The notes beneath the pieces were generated by a model. That model ran no database searches, had not been told where the DNA came from, and worked only from the letters and a program-made list of their open reading frames with translations. The translations under genes and the position numbers were made by a program. 64,000 bases of DNA from Eledone cirrhosa (lineage: Eukaryota): positions 198,772,001 through 198,836,000 of the forward strand of contig OZ024741.1 in the NCBI GenBank assembly GCA_964016885.1, given 5' to 3'. Positions 24,296 to 37,190 of the stretch are shown here, piece after piece. Each line of letters begins with the position of its first letter. The first letter of the stretch is position 1.

Positions 24296-24343
24296 TCTTG
24301 TTACTCTAGAGTTTTGCCTGTTTATCACAGTCATCAGACAAGA
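24296..24343 (-). ncRNA. Degenerate hammerhead motif
   Basis: Minus strand: tcttgt-CTGATGA-ctgtgataaacaggc-AAAA-ctctagag-TA-acaaga; palindromic helix III; G12 lost. Confidence 0.55.
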
Positions 24344-24534
24344 ACTAACGTTTCAATGGCAGACACAGTATATATATATAAGGATATATATATATATATA
24401 TAAATTGATGGCCAATAAAGGGGCAAGCTTTGAAACTCTGTGTTGAGTAACATTAATAATATTTCAGCTCTAGATAACATAGAGTGCTCTTTTTCCTGCA
24501 TCTAGTATAGAAAGCCTTGACATCATTTCATCAT

Positions 24535-24709
24535 TTCAGTTTACGTCCGCTTTTCCCTGCTTGCAAGGGTGGGACGGGAACTGATTCTGGCTTGATTTCT
24601 ACAGCTGGATGCCCTTCCTAACACCAACCTCATTTACAGTGAGTGCTGGGTGCTTTTTTGCCGTGGCACCTCCACGGCCACTTTGCAGTGGAATGATAGG
24701 GACCCCAGT
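24535..24709 (-). mobile_element. 5'-truncated SINE family 2
   Basis: Near-identical to the tail part of the 30375 and 48285 copies; stops at gaccccagt. Confidence 0.85.
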
Positions 24710-27369
24710 GCTGCCCTTTCTGGTGTTAATGGTGCAATAAAACATGCTCTGACCACAATGTAAAGGGGTTTGTGATTGACATTTAGCCAGAAAAGCCATG
24801 TCCAAACTATGATAGATATAGCTAAAATCCTATTGTGTGTAGAGGACTTACATGAATCCTGACAATATATATGTATATATATATGAAAATGAGTTGAAAA
24901 AAGTAATTGCAAAGGAGTCATTTTAGTTATTCAAAAACATAAAAACACAGTTAAATTCACTTTAGATTTCTCATTTAATTTGTGGAATTCTTCTAAGTCC
25001 CCAGGCATGAAGCATTTGTTGAAAAGTTGTTACCATGAAAGACATAAATGTAAAGAGAATTTTTGTAGAGTTTTCTAGGAGTGCAGTACTGCCATACTTG
25101 CATGGGAGTGACATGGGCTAATCTAGGAGAGCAGAAACTTTGAATGTAAACAGCATAGAAAGGATGCTCAAGTGCTGTCCTTTCTGGTGTTAATGGTGCA
25201 ATAAAACATGCTCTGACCACAGTGTAAAGGGGTTTGTGATTGACATTTAGCCAGAAAAGCCATGTCCAAACTATGATAGATATAGCTAAAATGATAAAAT
25301 CCTATTGTGTGGAGATGACTTACATGAATCCTGTTATGGTTGTGCATGATAGTGGCTAGATGCTCCAAGCTGGCTATGTACGAGAATTCCTTCACTGTCA
25401 TCAAGTAACCACATGCTTCCTTTTAGGTTCACGATACAGACACCAAGAAGCATTCAAATCAATGTCAGCGAACACATTTCAGAGCTGACTCTGTCCATAA
25501 TCTATATAATGACTTATCTAAACTTGCTGACTAAATCTAAACTGACCGGGGTATATCATTGTATTAACTATTAGGCTTGGCATAAAACACTATATAATTG
25601 CTTTCTTCCCAAAGTTGAAACTTTTGCCAGAAATTCAAGAAAAATGAAAATTGTGTATTAACACAAATCATATATCTTCCCCTTTGCTGATAGAAGTTTA
25701 TTCCTTTAATCATTCTCTGAAATACCATTTAAAAAGTTGTACAATATCAAATTTATGTTTCCTGCTAATTTTCTTCATTTTTGGAGATCTGAAGTCACTA
25801 TTTTCAGATTCCTTATTTTTGGCCACCAACTGAAAAATATTGATATGATAAAAAATAAAAATGTCTTCTTTGTACCTCGTTCAATTATTGAGGCTACTGA
25901 ATATTATTTTTATTTTAAAGTAGTGAGCTGTATTATTTTATTTCTAGGTCCTATTTCATACAATAAACTAATGAAATAGTTTTGTTTAAACACTGCTTAC
26001 AACATTAAACTGCACCTCAACAATATTTACATGTAGCTAAGAGGGTTGAATCATTAAGTCTGTTTAACTTTATGTACTTACTACAGTGTCAATAATGGGG
26101 CACAAACAATTGAACTCTGACTGGTTGACAAGCCACTCATCATACCAACCAACTGTAACTCTTAAAGACATAACAAGAACAACTTAAATTGTTAATTACC
26201 AGGCTAAAAGTCATATAGTCAGAAACATCTTACTGGAATGTTTAATGTATGAACAAAAGTTAGGAAAACTTGTTCTGAATTTGACTTTATATATTTCAAC
26301 TTTTCAAAATATTACTTTAGCTGTTTCCTTTTCCATTACCATCTTCATTATGACTGGCCCACTCTAGATGTACACCTCACAGAGTTTACACTCTCAAAGT
26401 AGAATCACTCAACACTGTATTCTACTCTAATCAGGTCAAGTTCTTGTGGATGATATTAATATGCTGAAAATTATTCATAGTTAGCTATTCTTCATTTTCT
26501 AGCCTTCTTTCTTCTTCACATTACTGCAACTTTTACAAGTGTTCACTCTACTAATGCTACCAATAACACTACAGTTTATTCTGATTAATTGAATACTGGA
26601 TGATTGCATAATATGGTTAATTGCATAAGTTTTCAAATAACTGAAATGTTTAAGCCTCAAATCTATGTAGAATTTTGTAAATGGGAAATATAAACTCGCT
26701 TACTTTGGCAGTGCTGCCATAAATGTCACTTTAACTAGTAGCATAATACATGAATCCTTCTCACCCAAACACTGCCCAGTTATTTCGGGTTCTGTAAGAG
26801 CTTATCAAAATATGGCTGTTACTTCCAGCACGTTGCTGGTCTCTTCTGCTCACCAAACATCACCCTTCCTGTCACTTTGGCAAATAAACCATCCCTCCAC
26901 AAATTTATTAGTTAATTGCATATTACAATTGACATCAATTTTGGTTAATAATATAGTATTTTTTCTGATTTGAAAAAAAATTGACAAAATGCAACAAAGA
27001 AATTAGCATTTATCAGTGACTCACATTAATATTGTTATAGTAAAGGACCTTTAACTCCTGATGGAATTGTAGGGGTGTCATCTTGACACATGGTTGGTTT
27101 TGAGCATTTTTAACTTGGTGGAGCCTGGACAATTTGTACTAGAGCAGAAGAGGGAGAATCCACCTCACTTTTGGACTTAATCTAATGCCCTAACAACTTT
27201 GCCAATTCGCTACCTTACTCATTTGGTCTAAGTTATTTTAATGATCCAAAAGGTGATGAGATAGGTATGCTACCTGTTAACAGCATAAATATGCTAGCTG
27301 TTGATACTAACATCCATGGGATGTGGTACAATTGTTAATAAGATAGGTGTATTAACTGTTGGGTCGAAC

Positions 27370-27725
27370 TGGTGATGATGTAGATAGGCAGGTCTATGTT
27401 ATCACATCAGTGGGTGGGGGTGGACAGGCTGTGACACCAATTGATTGAGCTAGAAGATAATGATGTAAGCTGGCAGATCTGTGGATGTCACCACATTAGT
27501 GGTGGTGGACAGGCTGTTTAGGTGATGGTGTAGGCAAGCAGGTCTGTAGATGTCATCACATCAGTTGGGGTGGGGCTGGATAGGCTATTCTACTTGTTGA
27601 TAAGTCTAGAAGGTGATGTAGAGAGGCAGCTCTGTGAAGGTCATCATATTAATGGGGGTGGGGTGGACAGGCTTGTGCAATTTGATTAGTCTAGAAAGTA
27701 ATGACATAAGGCAGCATTGATGTCA
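27370..27725. repeat. Degenerate G-rich minisatellite, about 65-90 bp units, about 4.5 copies
   Basis: Repeated ggtgatgatgtag...ggcagrtctgt...catcacatcagt-gggggtgg-acaggct. Confidence 0.7.
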
Positions 27726-28104
27726 GATGGTCTAAGGATATATTTAGTCATCAACAAACAAAATCTTTGGATTGGCATTTGTGTCACTGCAACATCAGGA
27801 ATATAAGACCACAAGCTATTCACTATATAGGAATGGTTTTTTTTTTTAAGGTCAGTATCCCTAAGTTACTTATCTTAATTAGTAGTAACCTTATATTTCT
27901 CTTAGCATATTTAACAATGCTTCATATTTTAAGGTTATATAATAAAACGTTAGTGTTGCAAAATAGGGTATTCTGTGATACCTTTTAAACTCTTGTATTA
28001 TAAAAAATTTCAGGTGTATCAATAGAAAGTGTCCAGTTTCCTTTCAAAAATGGCTTTGAACTGAGGAAGCAAATCATTTTACATAAACACAAAGACAATC
28101 ATAT

Positions 28105-28505
28105 CATTATCACTGTTCAGCTTCTATGGTTAAATGGATTGTCACATTCTGAAGATAGATCAGTCAAGTGATCATGTTTTGCTCATGCATTCTGTTTTTG
28201 CTTGGTTTCTATTGTTGGATACCCTTCCTAATGCCAACTACTTTACAGCATCCACTGGGAGCTTTTTATCATGACTCCAGAACTACCACCTTGCATGGTG
28301 GAATGGGTGCTCTTTTGTCATGGTATCACCACTGCCACCTTGTAGGGTTTACTGGGTGCTATTTTGTCATGGCACCAGCATTACCACCTTACAGGGTTTA
28401 GTGGGTGCTTTGTGAACATGGCACCAGCACTACACTATTACAAGGTTTACTGGTTGCTTTTTTATCATAGCACCAGTACTACCACCCTACAGGGTTGGTT
28501 GGGTA
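28105..28505 (-). mobile_element. RTE-tail-type repeat with minisatellite array
   Basis: cccttcctaatgccaac plus tandem caccagcactaccaccttacaggg units. Confidence 0.7.
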
Positions 28506-29806
28506 AAACCTTTAAAATATCTGGCTACAAACTACAAAATATTAATCAACAGACCCATAGCTTCTAAATATTAATTAAAAGGATATTGAAATAAACTATA
28601 CCATATGATTTAATGGAATCTATAATGAGAATATTACTAACTTCTTTTTTACTAGTTACTCTCTACCATAGATATTCTCTACTGAAAGCCAATTAGATCC
28701 TCTTTTATTTATATCATAATATATGGGCACACCTTTCCATTAAATGTTTCAAATAACATGAACAATGTTTAAGATAAACACACTTTGCTGATCATTGTCT
28801 TCCAATAGTTGTGCTGTTTTTTTTTCTAAAATGGCATTGTCACCACTACCCACGAGAATGTTTAACTCAATTGACATTTACTTGTGTTTTCTGCATCCTC
28901 TGGATATTGAAGTGAATGTTGCTATCTCTCTATACAAATGAGATAACTGGTAATTCTATACAACACAATCAATAAACAGAAAATATAAAAAAAAAATCCA
29001 TCAAAAACATCATAGGTTACAACAGTAACAGCTTTAATATCAACATTGACACAGGGAACAATACATTGGATCAGACATTTTGTCTGTTTATGTATTTTTA
29101 ACACTTGGTTTGTAATCTGAACAAATACAATTAGACCTGAGAACTTTTAAGTTGTCTGTTTATTTAATGTTTGTTTCTCTGGAACCTGGGTTCACCTTAC
29201 CAGCCCCCTTTGCTTTCATATTTGCTAATAGTTATATGTAGAACATGTATTTCTCTAGATTTTGCTGAATTGAAATAGCTTAAGCTTTGTTTACTAAAAT
29301 AATAGAAAATTGAATAACTTATAATTAGCTTAGTGTATTTTAATTAGCAGGAAAATGTAATGGTTTAGTATATGTTACTGACTCGTGACTTCTCAGCTAC
29401 TATCTAGGGATAAGTGCTTCTTGTACCTTTGGGCAAAATCATTAGTCTACTTGTCTCAGTTTAGTTTTCCTGAAACCTTTTACAAAATTAATAGAAATTT
29501 CTAAATTTTAAAAGCCTACCATGGTGTAATATTCATCTCTGAAGTGAAACCAATGTAATATTCACCTCCAAAGTGAAAATATTTTCCTCATTTACATAGA
29601 ATTTTGAAGTTGGTGAAAATTGGCAAAATATTGACCTCAAATATGAACTGACCCCATTTCCAATACTCTAAAATTGTTGTTTATGAAACATGTTATAAAA
29701 AGACAATGTTTAGTTGATAATTACAGACATAGTATCTTACACTTTGCAGTTAGTGAAGTTTTTAGTAGTTCATGGGTAAATTGTTCAAACAAATAGTGAA
29801 ATTATT

Positions 29807-30294
29807 TACCATATATACTCAAATATACGCCAATCTGAATATGAGCCAACCACTATTTTATGTCTGAGAAATAGGCAAAAATTCAAACCTGTTTATAAGC
29901 CAAGGCAGCTAATCCACACATTATATTTAGATGGTTTGGCTTTGAAATTCTAATGAGAGGAGACTATATTCATGAAGTTTTAATATTTTGATATTTAAAA
30001 TGTTTTAAGTATTATTTACAATACAGTTTTTGTTTCACAACTCCATTACAAAATGATTTTTTAAATCAATTTCTGGTCCTTTTGTTGGCCATATACATTC
30101 AAAATATATTAAAAAAAAGAATAGGAAATACGAATTTTATGTTGAAAGTGAAAATATTTTAGCACCTCATTTACGGTAGAATTTTGAAGTTGGTGAAAAT
30201 CGGCAAAATCTTGACCTCAAATATAAGTTGACCCCCTTTTTACTATTGATTTTTTTGTCACATATTTCACGGCTTATATACAAAAATATATAGT
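29807..30294. mobile_element. Degenerate Tc1/mariner-pogo-type MITE
   Basis: Left end taccatatatactcaaatatacgcc, right end ggcttatatacaaaaatatatagt (imperfect TIRs); part of its interior is duplicated at about 29570-29655. Confidence 0.5.
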
Positions 30295-30374
30295 GATAAC
30301 TTGAAATGAGTTATGCAATAAAAACATGTATAGTATAGTATAAACTAAGGACATTGAGTTAACAATATAGAAGG

Positions 30375-30725
30375 ATCATCATCATCATCATCATTTCATT
30401 TTACGTCCACTTTTTTTCCCTACTTGCAAGGGTGGGACATGAACTGATTCTGGCTTGATTTCTACAGCTGGATGCCCTTCCTAACACCAACCTCATTTAC
30501 AGTGAGTGCTGGGTGACTTTTTGCTGTGGCACCTCCACGACCACTTTGCAGTGGAATGATATGGACCCCAGTCCCTATCATCTCATTTCTACAGCTGAGT
30601 AAACTGGAGCAATGTGAAATAAAGTGTCTTGCTCAAGGAAACAACACATCACCCGGTCTGAGAAGTGAACTCACAACCTTTCGATTGCAAGGCCAATGCT
30701 CTAACCACTAAGCCATATACCTCCA
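30375..30725 (-). mobile_element. SINE family 2, full length
   Basis: Same head/CORE/tail as 20212 but one 47-bp unit shorter. Confidence 0.88.
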
Positions 30726-30817
30726 TAGATAGAGTATGTAAATAACTGGAAGTAGAAAGATGTGATGACATGCTAAAATAAAGGTTCCTTCATTTATAAA
30801 CAAGAATCATCACATAT

Positions 30818-31310
30818 TTAACCTTTTGATATAAACCTGCCTGAAAACCCTGATAATTTTATAAGTAAAAATGTCTAATTTTATAGAGTTGATATTCAAA
30901 GTTTTCAACATAATTTTTATTAAAAACCTTTTCAAATATATTCTTGACGCCATCTTAATAATGAGAAAGTCAGTTATTTTACTAAATCCCTCCTAATTTT
31001 TCTTCTTCACCCATCTATTCCTGAGAGGGTCCTTAGGGCAGAGTCCTCAAACACTCCTCCCAGCAGGTCCCGTCAGAAGCCACCACCTCCAACTAATCTG
31101 GCTGGATCCCCAAGCAAGACCAACCAAACTCATAGATGTTATCTAACCATCTTGCTCTGGGTCTATTGCTGGTTTTGCATGTAAAATTTGTCCAGCAATT
31201 CTTTCTGGAGACATCCTAACCATTCTTGTTTTGTAATTCTTATGTATTTAAAAACTTATTTGTAACATGGATAGTGTATTTAATTCAAAATATAGTAATA
31301 AAGGGGTTAA
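30818..31310. mobile_element. piggyBac-derived MITE (family A) containing a nested LINE 3' fragment (about 31002-31220, minus)
   Basis: TTAA-CCTTTTGATA ... AAGGGG-TTAA; the insert resembles the 36857-37190 LINE end with (GAA)n tail. Confidence 0.6.
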
Positions 31311-32568
31311 AAGTTGAACTATCTGACATTAACTGTCCATTTATGTGTTCTTTTTTAGTTTATAGGTGAAGCTGCTACTTCTGATACTGTCTGCTGACTA
31401 CAGATATAGTAATAGTAGAAGTATTGTGTAGCAGCTCATGCAGACCACTTTGATTCCAAATTACTTCATATACTAACACCTTGGAAAACAGTGGAAAGTT
31501 CTAACTACAGATAAAAGATAGATGCACACAAGAACAAAGGCAGATAGAAAATAATATGCAACAAAGGAAGCAATGGTTGTATCAAGCCAATAACCAACCA
31601 AGCAATTGGATGTTATAATCAACAATTTCAATTAAATATTTATTTTCTAAAGTTAAATAGTAAAAGGCTTCTAATTCTCATATTTATTTCATCATTTATA
31701 ACATGGTACACACCCAGTACACTCTGTAAAGTGTTTGCTGATAGGAAGGTCATTCAGCTGTAGCAAGCTTGCCAAACAAAAGGGTTAGAAAGACTCTTCA
31801 GTTATGTGAAAATCATGTTAATAATCTCCCTAGTGTTAGTGATCAACATGATAAGCACACCCAGTACACCATGCAAAGTGGTTGGTGATAGGAAGGGCAT
31901 CAAGCCATAGAAAACTTGCCAAACAAAGAGTCAGAATGACTCTTCAGCCATGTCAAAGACATGACAACTACCTTAGAGCTGGTGCACTCAATAAAATGCA
32001 CTTAGTTGAGTGTGGCAGTTTATGCAAGTGCAATGTGGGCTCCTGGCTCATTTGAGTGGTCAGTAGCTCCACTAAGTACTGACCCACCCAGCCTGTGCTA
32101 GCAGGGAAGATAAATATTAGATGATGATGATGGACAGATTGATATAATGGAGAAGACTAAGAATAGTGTCATTTCTTGTAAGATTTGGTTGGATGTTTCC
32201 TATTTTACAAAACAGCATGTAACAAAGATAGTAAACGGTAGTTGGAACAAACAGCATTACCAGGATTAACTGTTTTGAATGGTAAAGTATTAATCCTTTT
32301 ATTACCATATTTCTAATGAATGATATTTCTTATATTTTAAATCATTTCAAATAATTTTGATTATAATAAAAAATTTGGAAGGATTTAGTAATATTACTTA
32401 CTTTCTCATTATCAAGCTGGAGTTTGAGATATAGCATAAAGGTTTTTACATAAATATAACAGTTTTATATCATAGAAGCAGAGGCAGTTAAATACAAGAA
32501 ACTCCCATACACATGCATACATGCACATACACTCCCAACACACACACACACATGCACACACATGTATT

Positions 32569-32599
<31 letters not shown>

Positions 32600-32782
32600 T
32601 ATCATCATCATCACCATTTAACATCTATTTTACCACGCCAGCATGGGTTAGATGATTTGTCAGACAAGTCAGATCAGTGTTAATACAGAACTGTTTCTGG
32701 CTTGTTTTCTATGGCTGAATGCTCTTCCTAACGACAGTTATATATGTGTGTGTATATATATATGTATATATATATATATATA

Positions 32783-33020
32783 TAGGAACGAGTAGGACCC
32801 TGGCGGCTGAGCTCAAGCCGTTTCGACGGCTAATTCTGGACTAAATGAAAATTTTTATCCTGGTAAAAATTTTCATTTAGTCTAGAATTAGCCGTCGAAA
32901 CGCCTTGAGCTCAGCTGTCGGGGTCCTACTCATTCCTAATACCCACTCTACTACCCTAAGTATTGAGTACTTTGGTGCGTTATGGTCCATCTGGTTCCTT
33001 ACCACATTCCCTTCATCATA
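32783..33020 (+). mobile_element. 156-bp hairpin + ~80-nt tail element in (TA)n
   Basis: 32783-32938 is self-complementary; tail acccactctactaccctaagtattgagtac... is shared with the 33713 copy. Confidence 0.8.
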
Positions 33021-33029
33021 TATATATAA

Positions 33030-33707
33030 AAATAGACGGTAGCCACGGAGTAGGCAGACCCAGAAAAACCTGGGACGACTTGATAAATTCCGACCACACA
33101 CACTTACACCTCTCCAAGACAATGTCACTGGACCGAGATCTTTGGCGCTACACAGTTATACAGAAGACGCCTTGCCTAAGTACAAAGCGAAACCTACAGT
33201 CAGTAGGCACCTCTAACAAAATACACCCCCGTCCCACTACCCCCACCCCATCCACACCACCCCTTAAATGTGAAGTTATGTTGGTACCACAACATCCAGT
33301 CCGAAACAAATGAGGTCGTGTAGGTGTCACAACAATAAAACACACAGTCCACGCTGTAATGTGGCCGTGTAGGTAACACGGTAAAACCCTCCCAGTCCAC
33401 ACTGTAAACGTGGTTGGTGTTGGGAAGGGCACCCAGCCGTAGAAAACCCGCGAGACGTGTAGGTGTCACGACAATAAAACACAGTCCACGCTGTAATGTG
33501 GCCGTGTAGGTAACACGGTAAAAACCTCCCAGTCCACACTGTAAACGTGGTTGGTGTTAGGAAGGGCATCCAGCCGTAGAAAACCCGCCAGACAGTCCTG
33601 AGCAAGACAACCAATCTTGCCTCAAGTGGGACAATTCCCGTCCAGACCCATGCTAGCGTGGAAAATGGACGTTAAACGATGATGATGATGATGATGATGA
33701 TGATGAT
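33030..33707 (+). mobile_element. RTE LINE 3' end with two copies of a 139-bp 3' UTR module
   Basis: KIDGSHGVGRPRKTWDDLINSD is near-identical to the C-terminus of the 14203 element; (GAT)n tail. Confidence 0.9.
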
Positions 33708-33712
33708 ATACA

Positions 33713-33885
33713 TAGGAAAAGAGTCAGGACCCTGACGACTGAGCTCCGGATGTAGCTGTCGAAATGGCCAGAGCTCAGCCGTCGGGGTGCTGACTCTTTT
33801 CCTATTACCCACTCTACTACCCTAAGTATTGAGTACTCTGGTGCATTATGGTCCACCTGGTATCTTACCACACCCTCTTTGTTAT
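33713..33885 (+). mobile_element. Second hairpin + tail element with degenerate hammerhead-like centre
   Basis: Arms taggaaaagagtcag / ctgactcttttccta; centre ctgagctc-CGGATGT-agctgtc-GAAA-tggcca-gagctcag. Confidence 0.7.
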
Positions 33886-34689
33886 ATATATATATACTCA
33901 CATCCATCACTTACAATTGAGTATTACTTGGTAGTATGTACCATGCTTTTTACTAAGGGTTGTAGGTGCTGATGCAGTTGTGAGCAGACACTCATACACC
34001 ACCCCTCCCTCCCTCATTTGACCATCCAGCAGAATATTCAGGATGTGACAGCTGGAGGGAGAGAGGGCTACACCACTAGTGGACTGATACTTTCGTTATT
34101 GACTCCAAATGAATGAAGGGCAAATTGCATCACAACGGGATTTGAACTCAGTATGCAGGGACTTCCAACAAATACTCAATGCTCTAATGACTGTTAAATC
34201 CATCCCCTTATCTCTCTCTCTCTCTCTTTCTCTCTCTCTCGCTCTTTCTATCTATCTATCAATCTATCTATATAATGTGTCTGTTTATATTTAGATCAGT
34301 CATACATCTCTGTTGTTTATGATGTGTGTCTTTATGTCCCATAACTTAGTGAATTGACAAACTGAAAGAAGTACTGGGGGCACCATGATTGACTAGAATC
34401 TTTATGATGGTGCTACAGTATAGAGCACCCAGCCCACACTATAAATCTGGTTGGCATTAGGAAGGGCATCCAGCTGTAGAAATCTAGCCAGAAACAATTC
34501 TGTATGATCAGGATACGGTCACTTGACCCAACCTGCCTCAAATAGAACAACCTGTCTAACCCATGCTAACGTAGAAGGTGGACATTAAACGGCGATGATG
34601 ATGATGATGATGATGATGATGATATATATATGTGTGTGTGTGTGTGTGTGTAGGTTGTCTGCTCAATACAAAGCTTGACCACTTCAGTG

Positions 34690-35010
34690 TACATGATGCT
34701 CACTTCAGGTATGAGATCTTATGTGGCTAAACCAGACATACTTTTATAAGCCATCCACATAAATTGCACATTAGTTTTCTTGCAGCTCTAACTGCCTGTG
34801 TTGTCGGACCTTGATGAACTTTGAAATGTCTCTTTAAATTTCTTTGAGATTTGCAGATCTTGTGGCATATGTGGCATTGATAATGGGAAACTGGTTGGTA
34901 TGTTCTATAGTTAGTAGGAAGTGCCCTATGCAAAGTTGACAACAATACAAAATCTCCATGGTCATCAGCTGTTGAAAGGGACATATACAGTTGCAACCTG
35001 TACCAACAGT
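34690..35010 (-). mobile_element. LINE ORF2 C-terminus with C2H2 zinc finger(s), probably RTE/BovB-like
   Basis: ORF 34727..35023: YQCHICHKICKSQRNLKRHFKVH and a second degenerate CNLC finger; no splice support for a host ZNF gene. Confidence 0.55.
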
Positions 35011-35403
35011 GTTGCTCGTCCATTCAGAGTAAGTGTCTAGCAAGATGGTTAAACATTGTCCTATGAAGTAGAATTTGAAATTACATGGTGAGGGTTTAAC
35101 TCAACATCTTTGTCACACATTGTTCGACTTAAATGTTGAATATTTAATCATATACATATTTTGTCCATGCCATATAATTTCATGTAAATTCTGCTTTGTT
35201 TTTGTCTTGTAAAATACTCCAGAACAGGGTTTAACCATTTTGTTAGACCCTATGACCCCAAATGGACTAGCAGTGCTGTCGGTTGGGGTTGAAACTATGT
35301 ATATCTATTTCAACAGTTGATCACCATGGAGTTTTATATGTGTTGTCTATTATCTATGACACATATGGTTCCTGCTCCTTCTCCTTTGTTGAGTTGCTCA
35401 TTA

Positions 35404-35478
<75 letters not shown>

Positions 35479-36069
35479 ATGTATGTCCTCTGTCTCTGTG
35501 TTTATGTCATGTGACCTAGTGTTTTGACAGAATAAGATTGATAAAATATGTAAAATCAACTAAACTCCCTCTTAATGACAGTGCCCAGCATGGTCGCACT
35601 TTAGTGACTGAAGCCAATAAAAGAATAAAAGAATAATTAATATATGTAATTAGTCAGACCACACATTAAATGAGAAAACAATCCCTAAAACATTCCACAG
35701 GAATTTCATATCCGATCCTTGGTTTGTAGAAAGAGGGGAGTGGTTTGTTTTTTCCTTTATTCTCATTACTTCTACTGTTCTATTATCTGGCTTTAAAGGA
35801 AATCATGCTGTGGAAGCAGATAAACATCACATTGGAGAATTCCAAACCTTGTTTAGTTTACAAACATTTTTACTGGTAAATGAAGCTATTTAGTCACATT
35901 TTCTTTTTTCATTCCAATAATATTTACCCTCTGTTAATGTCAGATGGACAACTTTTACAGTTGTTTTCTGAAAACCAGTTCCAACATTCACATATCCAAT
36001 TAAGTTGGTATTTCAGGTAGTAACAGCCATCAAACAAGCAGGGAAAAGAGAAGGAAAAGGAGGAAAAGA

Positions 36070-36325
36070 AAAGAGGTAGGGAAGAAGAAGGTAAAGAAAA
36101 AAGGTAGGGAAGAAGAAGGTAAAGAAAAGAGGTAGGGAAGAAGAAGGTAAAGAAAATAGGTAGGGAAGAAGAAGGTAAAGAAAAAGGTAGGGAAGAAGAA
36201 GGTAAAGAAAAGAGGTAGGGAAGAAGAAGGTAAAGAAAATAGGTAGGGAAGAAGGAGGTAAAGAAAAGAGGTAGGGAAGAAGAAGGTAAAGAAAAAAGTA
36301 GGGAAGAAGAAGGTAAAGAAAAAGA
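36070..36325. repeat. 28-bp purine-rich minisatellite
   Basis: About 9 copies of AGAGGTAGGGAAGAAGAAGGTAAAGAAA; explains ORFs 35924..36496 and 36013..36459. Confidence 0.95.
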
Positions 36326-36856
36326 AGGGGATGAAGTAAAGGAAGATAAAGAGGAAGAACGATGATGATGGTGATGATGATGCTGATAATGTTGATGATA
36401 AAAAAGAAGTAGTAAAGAAGAAAGAGAATCAGCAAAGTTAGGATCAAAGTAGAAAGCAATAAAAGGATGAGAAAAAGGAGACAGGAAAGATGCCAAACTG
36501 TATACCTCCTATGATTAGTGATTATTTCTTATAGTCAAATAACATTTGTTTCTTCTGTTTTTTACACATTACTAACACCAACTACAACTAACTTTGACAC
36601 CCACGCCACCCCCTACTTCCACTATAACATAAACAAGAATTAGTAGGTTATAATGGATGGGGAATATAAACAAATGAGGTGTGTATGTTGCTAGAGTGTA
36701 AGACAAAGTAAAGACCAGCATTTCACAAGATTAGAGAAGCCTTCTTTTCCAATGAAATGATAGTTCTTCCTCTTCTAAATAATTATCAACTCAGCAGGAA
36801 GTAGGAAAACGATTTTCAACTCTGAGTAAAAACATAAAAAAATATTGTTCTTCATT

Positions 36857-37190
36857 TCTTCTTCTTCGTCCACTTATTTCTGGCAGGGTTGTGGGGGCTG
36901 AGTCCTGAAGCATGCTTTCCAGCAAGTCCTGTCAGAAGCAACTATCTCCAATTGAGCTGGCTGGATACCAATGTAAAATCAGCTGAGCTCATGGATGTTA
37001 TCGAACCATCTGCTTGGAGTCTACCTCTGGGGCTAACCACATTTCCATAATATTGGAGCTGTGACCTCTGGATTCAGAGAAGTAGTGGATCCAGTTGAAG
37101 TGACTCTCTGATCTCTGAGCTACATACTCTATTGATTTACATTACTCCAATGACCCTTCAGAGTAACCCATTACGGCCGCTTGTATTCAA
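36857..37190 (-). mobile_element. RTE-like LINE 3' end, degenerate
   Basis: Minus strand PRGR...RWFDNI-like C-terminal motif and (GAA)n tail. Confidence 0.6.

Noticed and set aside
26671-26973. Stop-free Ser/Thr-rich frame of about 100 codons after a TAG, a possible exon
   Set aside because: No recognisable homology, weak acceptor, and no partner exons; could be chance
31365-31410. Acceptor-like ttttttagtttatag followed by a short frame
   Set aside because: A stop follows within about 10 codons and there is no supporting upstream exon
34727-35023. Host C2H2 zinc-finger gene
   Set aside because: One good finger and one broken finger, no TGEKP linkers or splice context; fits a LINE ORF2 C-terminus better
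35924-36496. 190-aa and 148-aa hydrophobic ORFs resembling membrane proteins
   Set aside because: Produced by the 28-bp purine minisatellite
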